From NCBI GenBank assembly GCA_965202585.1, contig OZ241826.1, positions 73,222,001 to 73,286,000 on the forward strand: DNA of 64,000 nucleotides, given 5' to 3'. The position numbers were made by a program, and so were the translations under genes. Below are positions 53,601-64,000 of the stretch, in pieces; position 1 is the first letter of the stretch; every line of letters begins with the position of its first letter. Origin of the DNA: Thalia democratica (lineage: Eukaryota). The notes under the pieces are model-generated. The model was not told where the DNA came from. It worked only from the letters and a program-made list of their open reading frames with translations, and ran no database searches.

Positions 53601-56600
53601 TGATCCATCTCTACTGTAACTACCTGCCGGGCATATTTCAGGTTCGGTAGAACGAAAACCTGTTCCATTTAGTAAAAATTTTAAACTTAAATTTTAATTT
53701 AATGATTAGCCAGTTTAATTATACAAACAAACATTTTTTTTGTGTAATAAATGCTTTTTAAACATAAGGTACAAGTTATTTTTATCAAGTATAAACCTTG
53801 ACAAAAATGTCCTGCCGGGCACGTGACACAAACAGAGCTCGTTGATTGGTTACTGTAAGTTCCAGGTGAACACTCCGTGCAGCCTAATACTCCTCCGCCA
53901 TAATAACCAGCTTTGCATACCTAATTTAACGAAAGATAGATTAATTATTACTAGCTTTGCTCATGTTTAGGTTATAAAAAAATTTTAAAAACTAGTTAAA
54001 GCTTTACACAGTACAATTAAAAACTTTTAGCTTTATTCTAAACGAATGATAAAAGTTATTAATACATTTATCCTTCAAAAAATAGTTTTAAAATAATCAT
54101 TACGTAAAAACAAGTTAAATTTCTTTACAACAGCAAATGAACAATAAACAGTTACCATGTCTTTGAGGTCCAGTTCAAGCGTCTTGTCACACAAGTATCC
54201 ATCTGGACACGGTAAACACTCAGATGAATCGTTTGAAGCATACGTCAGACCTTCTATGCACCTCGCACACTCAGTTGCGCGAACTTTGCTGGAGTTATGG
54301 TTCTTATTTAGTTTTTATAACTAGGAGAACTTAAAATTAATTAAACATTTTTTGATTCTGCCTTTTTTGTTAAAAATGATTCATTAATTGTAGCTATAAT
54401 TTTAACATTTTAACCATAATTTTTGATGTTAATCAGATCTATTTGCTGTTTTTAAAGCAAGAAATAAACTTTTTATTGACCTAAGGAAAAAATAAAATAT
54501 AACTTAAAAAAATCAAAGGTTTTTTGTTTAAAAGTTTTCAAAAGTTGCATAGATTGTTTTTTGTTTGTTATACTTGTCTACTCTGGTAAAAGCATATAAA
54601 TAAGTCAAACTGTAACTTGGTTGAAACGTGAAAGTTCAAAATTTTACAGTTAGAAATATAAAGCTTTTAAAATTATAAAAGCTAAAAAGTATCAAAAATA
54701 TTTATAGTAAACTAGTTTAATAACAACCTTACGGTTCCTACTATACAGGGTTGTGGTTCAGACGTGACGTCATTACATGAGAACCCACCTGGACATGCCT
54801 GTGAAAATTAAGACTGTTTAGTATTTAATTGGGGTTTATTTTGAATACAAACAATTTTTCAGATTTTATGTTTTTTTATTGATTGAAATGTTACTTAGTT
54901 TTTGTTTTTTTATGTTTGAAAACAATATTAATGCAAATAAATAAATTGTTTAGTTTGTTAATTGTGTTTTGAACAAAAGCAGTTTATTTAACAAACTGTG
55001 CAAAGTTGTTTACTTTTTTTTAGTGCTTAGTACTATTCTTTAGAATTATATAAAAAAATCTTTTTTTTGCTATTTAAGCAAAAGTTTTTAAGCTAAAAAC
55101 ACTTTTAATGTGACCTAAATTGTATACATTAGAATCACTTTACTGAGAAGGCGAATCAGTTATAAAATATCAAATCATAACAACTAAAATCTTGCTTTTC
55201 TTTAAAAAGTGAAGTTTTCAGTCATTAAAGATAACATTTTATAAACTCAAAAAAAAAGCTGAAAAAACCACATAAACATTTACTTTGCATGATGACTGGC
55301 CGGCTTCGGTGTTGTAATAACCAAACTGGCAGTTCAAGCAAGAAGTGAAACCATGTCCGCTGAAAGTGCCAACCGGGCAAATTTGTGGGTCGTCCACGTC
55401 ACCCGGACAGAAATGTCCTTCCGGGCAGCTGAGGCATGTTTCCGACCCGGTTTCGTTTGTGTAATGTCCTGATAAACATTTTTGGCATGTCATACTGGCT
55501 GACAGCGAATAAAAACCAGGTCCACAATCGACCGGAGATGCATTTTTTACCTAAAAAATCTAGTTTGTAAACATTGCAGCACAACTTACAAAACAATGTC
55601 TTATAACTCAACAATGTAAAACAAAAACTTAAATTACTATTTTCATGTATTCATGCAATCATTTTAATGTAAACTTCAATTTAATTAAATTGCTTACTTC
55701 ACAGCTTTTACCAGCAGGGCACTTCAAACAAGCACTAGAACCATTTAATAGATTGTAATAACCGTCCGAGCAGGCAGTGCATGAGGATTGTCCTCCAGTG
55801 CTGTAGCTGCCAGCTTTGCATTCAACAGGTTGCACTCTTTTGTTTGTTTCATTAAAACTTTAACTACTTTACAGACAAATGCAATTTTATTTCATTTTTA
55901 AAAAAGTAGTATGCTCGTATGTAATTGATAACAGGGTGAATCCTTAATTTTTATTTGTGTTGGATTTTGATCAAAAATATTTAATTTAAAAACTAATCAA
56001 AATCAAAACTAACGTTGATAAAGGGCATGAAAACCCAGAGGGACAAATATTACAAGCATGCTGACCAGTTTCGTTGTTATAGTAACCGGCTTGGCACTCA
56101 ATCGGTTTTATCAGTGAAGATGGACAGCTATATGCAAAGAAATTTATTAACCTTTTTTATATTATCATTTTCGTAGTATGTGATTAAACTTTTTTTTTAC
56201 ATCAAAAACTTAAAACACAACAAAAACAATGAGAAGCAACTTTTTTTTTTAAACTAGGCTAAAACTTTCTTTATAAACATTGTGTTTTTTCACGTAACTT
56301 TCAATGAGTTACTAGTAAACCAATAGACAAAGCCGTAGTTGAGTTAAGAAGTAAGCTTGTTAACAAATTTTTTATAAAAACAATTTTAACAACTTACAAG
56401 TGACCAACTGGGCAAAGAGTGCAAATACTTTTGTCATTAAAAAATGAACCCTTAAAACAAGATGCAGCTGTAGTCGAATCTGTATAACGAGTAGCTGTAT
56501 GTAAATTTTCTCGATTAATTTTAATGTTTTAATGAAAGCTTTTAGTAGAGTATTTAAAATTTTGAAATACATTCAGCTGAACGTACAAAAATAAACAAAA

Positions 56601-57546
56601 ACTAGAAAAGTTGTGAAACTGTTTAACTATTTTCAATGAAGTGTTTCAATAATTTAAAGTAGCTTAAAAAAATAGATAAAAAGCCTCTAAATTTTGTATT
56701 ATTAAGCCTTTACTAGTACAAGTTTTAAAGTAAAGTTAGTTATACTACGACATTAATTAAAAAATTGTTTTAGAGGTCAGTAAACTGCGTTAAAAACGAC
56801 TAGATTAAGAGAGTAAATATTTTCATAAGTATTTTTTATATCTTAAAATAACAATAAAATAAATTTTTTTTTTTAATCTTTTCTAAAGATAAAAAACTAT
56901 ATATATTGGTCAAATTTTTCTTAAAGAAAGATGTATCTTTTGCAGAGAACCACAATAACAACTTTTACTACTATTTTTTAATAAAGTATATAATTTTGAG
57001 TTAAACTTAAAAAATAAAAATTAATGGTAATAAATTCTACACATACTAAGAGAACCCTTTTCCTGTAACTTAAAAGGTTAGACTTACTCAAAATTTATAT
57101 TAGGTAAAGACGTAAAAATAAAATTGTATCTCATATAACAGATAAAGTAAAAATATCAAATAAAAAAACAACAAAAAAATATTCTTGATAAAGATACCGA
57201 AAATTTTGAATTCATGGAAGTTTTAAAATAACAATTATCAATAGTATTTTTTTTTAATTTGCTTTACTTTAATACAAAGTTATTAATAAATACACACTAA
57301 TTAATTAGGATGTAAATTGTGTTTTGAAATTTTATTTTCACACAAGTATTTTTTAAAACTTTAAATTTCTTGTTTTAGTATTTTAACTTAGGTTGTTTTT
57401 AATATTAAAACATGGCAAAAATTCGATGTTCTGCAATGTTTAATTAAAACAAGCTTACCTAAAGTAGATGCAGCTGTTACTGAGGCTTTCGAGTTTTTTG
57501 TTAAATACAAAACAGAAAGAATTGAAAAGAAAACCGTTTTTGGCAT
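50690..57546 (-). CDS. Gene B: 687-aa cysteine-rich repeat surface protein, tandem paralogue of the gene A N-terminus, with signal peptide and C-terminal hydrophobic (GPI-like or short TM) tail
   Basis: 15 exons in frame, 2,064 nt including stop: 57459-57546, 56398-56494, 56014-56127, 55698-55836, 55284-55550, 54733-54798, 54156-54302, 53797-53920, 53525-53659, 53104-53210, 52849-53025, 51956-52187, 51297-51464, 51035-51155, 50690-50771. N-terminus MPKTVFFSILSVLYLTKNSKA; C-terminus ...CADGTFSHRGPVQITSNLLVWLLIFCCYLFKKN*. AATAAA overlaps the stop. The terminal exon is the least certain part. Confidence 0.8.
51529..51646 (-). repeat. ~125-bp dispersed repeat, copy 2 (gene B intron 12)
   Basis: Minus strand gataaaaaagctctcaaaaattttggtctaagg...aaaaccttttggttatcgagtcgtacacc...gatacagtttagtgtcttgtccaggac. 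Confidence 0.7.
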
Positions 57547-58374
57547 TTTTTGATAAAAATCAAGGAACCTTTTAATTTTACTAAAGCAGCAAAAACTTTT
57601 TTCTGCTTTTTTATTGTATAATCTGCATTTATACTAATTTAGATTTAATTGATGATTAACAGACAAAACCAAACCTGGTTATTTCAATATTTTTTAAATA
57701 GCTTTTATTTTCTTATGTTATTATGAACTAAATTATTTTCCAACTTAACAAAATCATAAAATTTTATATAAGCTAAATTTGTAGACAAACATTGTAGAAG
57801 TATATTTTTTTAAAACAAAAACTTTCATTTAAACTATCTGCGCTAATATTGTAAAATTGAAACTTTTAAAAAACTTTTTTTTGTGTGAAAACACTCAAAT
57901 AGTAGTCGTCATAAGATTGTTATCATAACACCTTTTGTTGTACATGAGAACACTTTTTACTTATTCTTACTAGTTTCAGATAAGTGTTAAACCAATTTTA
58001 TACCTAAACTTATATTAATCGATATAGTTTAAAGCTTTTTAACTTTTATAAAAATGTGACTTTTTTACGAAAACTATAATTCAGTAATTGTATAAACTTT
58101 TGAAAGTTTTATTTGTCCTCAGCTTGAAGTACGTAAAGTATTATTTTTTTTTTTGATATATGTCATTGTAAACAAAGCTAACTTCTGTTTGAAAAATTTA
58201 AGCTTTGTAATTTAGCTTTAAATAACAGATAAATCGAGTTAGCTGTAAGTATTTAACTTATTTTCAAATGTGGTAAAAATCAGGATTTTACTTAACAGTT
58301 TAACATAGTAGTTGTTAACATCTTAGCAAGTATAAATTAATTAGTTTCTAACTTAATTTTTTATTATACGTTTT

Positions 58375-58480
58375 GGATTTTACGAAAAAAAATAAAGAGA
58401 TCTCAACTACTAGAGGAGAAATAATGAATTTATTCATTCAAGAATTTATTTTACAAACTAAGTTTCGGTCAAAGACCTCG
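58375..58480. repeat. ~105-bp dispersed repeat shared with 62930-63040
   Basis: gattttacgaaaa..ataaa.agatctcaact.ctagagga and agtttcggtcaaagacctc occur at both loci. Confidence 0.65.
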
Positions 58481-59859
58481 TCATGTTATTTTTTTATATC
58501 TAATTTTCAGATTCAAATAATAAACTATTTTTTAAATTTATACTAAGGGTTCCTTAACTGATTTTCATAATCGCCCACTTGGCATAAATTTTGACTATAG
58601 CCTACCTCCCTTGCTCTTTACAACTTAAATATATATTTATTTTTTTGCCCCTAATAGTTGAAATCAACCGATTTTTCCAACTTTTAGAAACCCTGCTGCT
58701 TTATATAAATTTAATTTGAAACTGGTGAAAAAAAATCATGAATGATTAAGATTTATACTATATTTTTTATTAAAATTTTATTTAAACTATCAAAAATAGT
58801 TTTTATTGTTTAAATAGCTATAAATAGATAAAAGTCTAGGGTCTAAATATTAAATTGTTCATATAAAACTATAATAAAAAGCTATTAAATTACCAATTCA
58901 AAACAATTTTACTTCAAAAATTTTTTTTTTTAACTAAAATACAAAAATGTTACAATTGCATTTTATTAGTTTGTTTATTATTTTTCTTCCAACTATTTTC
59001 TTTTACTTAAAATTTTTTTTGGCCTTATTAATTCTTTTTTAACTTGTTTAAAAAGTATAAATCTTTTTACTTAAAAACTAAAACTATCAAAATTAAGAAA
59101 TAACCAAATAAATTTTGTCAAAAACTGAATTTCCATCTATACAAACTTAAAAATACATTACTAACTTTTTGATTATTTTTGTCTGTTAGTTATTAGACTT
59201 AAAACCTGCATATTTAGTTTTTTTACTTCAATTTTAGAATTATAACAAGTATTTAGCTTGTGTTAAAGTTTTATGTCTTGTCTTTAATCATTTGCATTTA
59301 TTTAGACTTTTCCTTACAAAGTGTTTTTCAAAAATTTGTATTTTTTTAAATACGTTTTTTAAGTTTTATACATACAAAACATGTTTTAAAAATAAGCTAT
59401 GTTAAGTTTTATACAGTGAAATTTATCATAAATCCAGTTTTCAAATTTACATCATACGGACTTTATACAAACAAATTGTATACACAAATACTGGATTTAG
59501 AATTTTTAAATGCATTTGTATCGACATAAACTTATCTTATAGTTGTTATGTAGGTTGAAAAAAAATTATACAAACTTAATCACTTGCTTATGATTATTTT
59601 TCAAGTAACTTAGAAAACTTATTACAAACATATACTTATAAAAGTTATAAAGTTAATCATTTATGTAAAGTCACATTGAAAAAAGCTTTGTGAATTAAAA
59701 TGTTTGAATTTAAATTTGATTGTAGATTATGTAATGCATATTTGTAGTTTAAGATGGAAACGCAATGTTTTAGAGAAAAAAAATCTAGTTTTTTTTTAAG
59801 AGCTTTACCGTGATTTTTCTTCAAAATTCTTTTATATCAACTTTTACTTTTAGGAACTA

Positions 59860-60205
59860 TAGGATTAGGGGTAACAGTGATTGTAAAAGTAAAAATTAAA
59901 AAATAAGTAATAACAATTATTTAAAAAAATGAGTAAATAAAAATCAATTAAATAAAAAAAAAAAAAGCTAACGACCGAGGGTAAGGGGTAACGGTGATAG
60001 TAAAAACAAAAAAATAAAAAGTAAATTAATAATAAAAAAATTAAAACTAATAGAAATTGAAAAATAAATAAAAAATCAACTTGTGCAAAAATGTTCCCTC
60101 GTGCAAAAGTGTCTTCGTGCAAAAGTGACCCTTCGTGTAAAAGTGTCTTCGTACAAAAGTATCTTCGTGCAATTTTGCATGCTCGTGCAAATTTTACAGC
60201 TACCC
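59860..60205. mobile_element. Same TTAGGG-bearing element, copy 2, ending in about 7 tandem 16-18-bp units (cgtgcaaaagtgtctt)
   Basis: Shared motifs with 41005-41340. Tandem units start near 60082, 60100, 60116, 60134, 60150, 60166 and 60184. Confidence 0.7.
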
Positions 60206-60419
60206 ATATTATAAACCCAAACACTTAAAAAAGATTATTTTCTTTGAAATTGTTTTATCTATATTTTTATTTGATTTTTTGTTTCTCTTTTTTAACTAAA
60301 TGAAGTGCATACTTTTAGTTTTATTATTACCTGTTTTAAGGTGGTTTTAAGTAGTGTTTACATTATTTTAAGCTCAAAATTAAGGTCAACACTGTCTTGT
60401 AGATACGTGGTTTGTTTAA

Positions 60420-61240
60420 ATGTTGTATATACAACTTGTCACCTGCGAAATTAAGAATTCTGAAGCAAGTATTGTTATGCAAACTATTTATTTGTATTTA
60501 AAAATAAAGGTCTTAAGGCTGATTTTTATGGAGCTCCAACACCAGTATTTTTATAAGTTGAATCAAACTCCTTAAAATTCACCAGCTGTTTAGATATGAT
60601 TTAAATGACAAGTACCATTTTCCTCTTTAACCATAGCATCCTAACTTTTTAAGCAACTTTTTTCTGTCATTATCAAAAGCTTTACTGAAATCCAGTGAGA
60701 ATGCAAGAACTGTTTGACTCTTATCAAATGTAGTTATAGTTTATTCAACGACAAAAAGACGCTCAAAATATGGCCATAGGACATGTGGTGCACAAAGAAC
60801 CTTTTGGTTATGGAGTCGCACACCATTTGGATACCTTTTAACGTCTTGTCTATGACAAATTGTAGACAGTACTCCTTCAACAAGCTAAGACAAAAGCTTA
60901 GGTGGTAAAATGCCCTCTCTGAAACCAAGATGGTAATCTAAAATGTTATATTTAGAAAAAAATAGTTTTAAAAACGGTTGTATATAACTTTTTCAATAAT
61001 TTTATCTAAAATTAGTTAACTAGTAATATTCTGATCCTGACTTGATATAACTTTTACCAATTTAGAGCTATCTGGTTAATTACTTTCATAAATTATTTGA
61101 ATAATTAGTTCACTAGTTACTGGGAGATATAAAACAGTTTTACAATAAGTTTCAAGTCCAGTAATTTGTAACTTCTGCTGTATCTTCTGCTCATTTCAAA
61201 AAAATCTTGGTTTCAGAATTTCATTCATTAAATTGCTTTT
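60420..61240 (-). mobile_element. Degenerate non-LTR retrotransposon (CR1/L2-like) reverse transcriptase relic
   Basis: Broken minus-strand reading gives RT blocks in the expected order: PDSSKLVKVI (~61045-61075), KIIEKVIYNR, GFREG, LVE..TITTFDKSQTVLAFSLDFSKAFD (~60670-60745), LLKKLGCYG*RGKW..FKSYL, GAP*KSALRPLFL (cf. GVPQGSxLGPLLF), FAGDKLY (~60430-60450; cf. FADD). Multiple stops and frameshifts. Confidence 0.8.
60750..60875 (+). mobile_element. ~125-bp dispersed repeat, copy 3, inserted into the LINE relic with a 6-bp target-site duplication
   Basis: Flanked by TTCAAC at 60744-60749 and 60876-60881; removing it restores the RT segment LVE-x-TITTFDK. Similar to 38421-38541 and 51529-51646. 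Confidence 0.7.
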
Positions 61241-62099
61241 TTATGGTATACTTTACTGTATTTAAAGTTACTAAAACAACATATAGTATAATCTAAACTT
61301 AAATTACAATAGCTTTTACGTATTGCAACTTTTTTTGATGATCTGTTCTTAATGTAACAACCTTTTTTTTTATAATTCCAAGTAAGACTTTAAATTATAC
61401 ATATTTTCGAACATATCAAAATAATTCACTTTGTTATAAAATTGTTTTTAACTAAAAAAGCCTATTGAAATATATTTACAGTTTACGTTTAAACCTTTAA
61501 GAGTTATTTATACCTACCGTAAATCCTAGTTTTTTTTTTTTTACATTGGTTAAATTTGCAAAGTTGTGCAGCAGGTTAGAGTATTAAGTTATCGCAGCTA
61601 ATAATTGTAAGTTTTCGTTTTCAACAATAGTTTTTAATTTGAAAATTTTAAAAAGTAAGTTTATAGTGACGTAATATTCCCTGAGCACTTTGTTTAAAGT
61701 TATTACTTCTTAATTTAGTTAACAAAGTTACTTTATTTAATATACTTGTTATTATATATTTGTTTAACTAAAACTCTTTATAATAACCTTTATATAAAGA
61801 TTACTTTTTCAAAGTTTGTTTAGAAAGCAAAGCTTTGCTCAAAGAGCTCATGTGAGCTTTAATCATTCTGCAAAATTATCCAGGAAGATGGATTGCTTTT
61901 TGTTTATTATATTCTACTTTTTTCAGTTTTATCTTAAACTCTTATATTTTTTCGTACGTTAGACTTTATCCTTTTTTCTTTTAAAGTTGATTTATTTTCA
62001 GCTTTGATATACTATTTATGGCTTTTAAACTATAACCTTTTTCTTTGTTATAAATATTTATTCAGATGAGGTTTTACAAAATGTTACATACAAATCGTT

Positions 62100-62220
62100 T
62101 ACAGAATACAAAATAATGTGAAATTACCTTAAATCTATTCCTTTTTGTATTTGATTTCTTTTACTTCGTCGTATTAAATTATTTTGTGAAGTAACACTTC
62201 AAAAATTACAAATGAAATCT
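62100..62220. repeat. ~125-bp direct repeat shared with 63610-63745
   Basis: acagaatacaaa.taat...aaattaccttaaatct...gatttcttt...cgta.t.aattatt...gaagt...cttcaaaaat...gaaatct occurs at both loci. Confidence 0.6.
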
Positions 62221-62929
62221 TTTTTAAATACAAATAGAACTCTATTTGAATAAGATTTTATTGTAATACAAATTGTTTGAAAAGTTTATTTCTTCACTTT
62301 TACACTTGGTTGTTCAAGAGCCTTTGTAGTTTCTTTCAAAAATGAATTTAAATGTTTTGTTGTTTTGTAATTAGTTTTTAAAAACTCAGATAAAATGTTT
62401 TCTAGTTTTGGTTTTACAAAAATAAATAATTAGCTGTTATCCAGAACAGAATTAGTGTTTGAACTGGTTTCATACATGTCTAAAGTGTTTTAGTTAAAAA
62501 GAATTTTCAAACTATGTCTGTACTTATTGGAAAAATATAAAAGTAAAATAGTTTTTTTCTACAACTTTAATATAAAACAGCCTAAATGGTTATTTTGGAG
62601 ATTTATTTAAACTTATATTTGACATCTTTTTGTCTAGATCCTCGTAAAAAAAAAATTTTTTTAGTAATCGAATTGTAAAACGAGCAGCAGACATGTAACA
62701 GAGTTCTAATCAACCATTTGACTATTGATTTTAATAGTTTAAGAAACAAAAAATTCAAATAAAAAAGTTTTTTTTGACTCAACAACTTAAAAGATCGACA
62801 AAAGTCTGCAGAGCCTAATCCTGGACTTTCGTATGCCGTAACTTCTTAAAATTTCTGTCAATTTCGTTTTAAAAATCTCCAAAGTCTTTCTTTATCTTTC
62901 ATTTGCACTTTTGTAACTTCGTTTTTCTA

Positions 62930-63205
62930 TTTTATGTTTTGATTTTACGAAAACTAATAAAAAGATCTCAACTTCTAGAGGATAAATTACACTTATTGAA
63001 TTCTTTCAAGATAATTTAAAGTTTCGGTCAAAGACCTCTTTAGTGCTTGTCTAAAAAATCTAGAAAAATATATGACAGTCATGGAAAACAGTGCTAAAAT
63101 AAAAAAAATAAATAAATACAAAAAATTTTTACTTAAAAACAAATCTTTACTTATGAAACAATCAATTCTAAATTTTATTAACAATACAATGTTTCACTCG
63201 CTTGA
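62930..63205. mobile_element. MITE-like element with degenerate terminal inverted repeats and an internal 9-bp hairpin
   Basis: Left end gattttacgaaaactaataaaaagatctc resembles the reverse complement of the right end (gattttattcaactgaagatctc). Perfect stem ctcgcttga-aactag-tcaagcgag near 63147-63170. Confidence 0.45.
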
Positions 63206-64000
63206 AACTAGTCAAGCGAGATCTTCAGTTGAATAAAATCTGTAAAAGTTTATATAATAACATGTAGGAAGACAATAGGCTAAACTTGAAATAAAAAAAA
63301 AAAAAACAAAAAACTTAATAAAATCTAAGTAAAACTTGTAGCTTTAAGTTACTAATATATGAAAATCATAATGTTATTAGGTTAGATTTAGAAAAATGTA
63401 AGTTACTTAATAATTTTATAACAGTAAAACTCAAACAAATAAATAGAATAATTATACTAACATTTAACAGCTTTGCGAAATTTATAAATAACTAACAAAG
63501 AAAACAACTGTTCAACTAAAGCATTATGTTAAATTTACTCGTTTAAAAAAGTTTGACTATCGAATTGTGACGTAATTATATATTGGTTTAAATATTTGCT
63601 TGTACAAGTTACAGAATACAAATTAATTTTAAAATTACCTTAAATCTTTCCAGCACAGTATACTTTTCTTTATTGGATTTCTTTTTTTCTTGATCGTAGT
63701 TAATTATTTAGGAAGTTGTACTTCAAAAATTTTTAAAAGAAATCTGCAATATTTTTGCTTAAAAAATTTAAACTTTGTACAAGTTAAAATAGTGATTTAC
63801 TTATCAAAATGCAGGTCCTTTAACTAATACTTATGAAACAATACTAATTCATTTTTTATCTTACGGTTCAATGTGTTACAGCTTAAGTTTTTTTGGGTTA
63901 AGTGTCAAAATGTTAACAAAATAGTATATAATAGAACAATAATCAGAACCTAGATGCAGGTTTCTAATTTTCTTCTTAAAAGTTTTCAAAGTAAACATTG

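Noticed and set aside
487-55493. Hydrophobic C-terminal tails on many minus-strand track ORFs (e.g. ...CICIFLFSSVLIYLL)
   Set aside because: They are read-through into T-rich introns past GT donors, not transmembrane segments; splicing continues in frame.
30-57546. U12-type or non-GT-AG introns, or a non-standard genetic code
   Set aside because: All 114 coding introns resolved as GT-AG without the GTATCC signature, and all four genes translate without internal stops in the standard code.
58535-58695. Possible hAT-like MITE with agggtt(c/t)c ends
   Set aside because: Only about 8 bp of inverted similarity, no 8-bp TSD, and no second copy in the window.
60082-60200. Possible CRISPR-like array
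   Set aside because: Units are contiguous 16-18-bp tandem repeats with no unique spacers, no cas genes, and a eukaryotic context.
59865-60224. 119-aa ORF with LLHE repeats and an F/L-rich tail
   Set aside because: It is the translation of the tandem array and A-rich spacer of a non-coding element.
1-64000. Assigning a specific taxon (e.g. rotifer) from composition and repeat style
   Set aside because: Suggestive only; it needs a BLAST or phylogeny of the EPHX1 protein.

Overview
AT-rich eukaryotic DNA, most likely an invertebrate animal (standard genetic code, microsomal-type epoxide hydrolase, CR1-like LINE relic; species not identifiable from this window). Introns are very AT-rich and exons much more GC-rich. 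Splicing by hand gave four genes that the ORF track only shows as fragments. (A) A giant minus-strand gene starting with a signal peptide at 49468. It has 90 GT-AG exons in continuous frame down to position 30 (at least 4,515 aa, still open at the window edge) and consists almost entirely of GCC2/GCC3 (Ephrin_rec_like)-type Cys repeats. (B) A complete 15-exon, 687-aa tandem paralogue just upstream (57546-50690), with a signal peptide and a hydrophobic C-terminal anchor-like tail. (C) A complete 8-exon, 448-aa EPHX1-like epoxide hydrolase nested antisense in the 9.9-kb intron 3 of gene A. (D) A 4-exon, 114-aa Lys-rich/acidic-tail protein nested antisense in intron 62 of gene A; it weakly resembles the endosulfine/ARPP19 core but lacks FDSGDY. 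The splice signals are unusual: about half of the gene A donors have T at +3, about 20% of acceptors are AAG, and polypyrimidine tracts are often absent. Three start codons lie 6-12 nt downstream of a 3' splice site. The non-coding DNA contains a long hairpin, a foldback element, a TTAGGG-bearing element, a degenerate LINE RT and a ~125-bp dispersed repeat in three copies. All counts are hand counts; no database searches were run.
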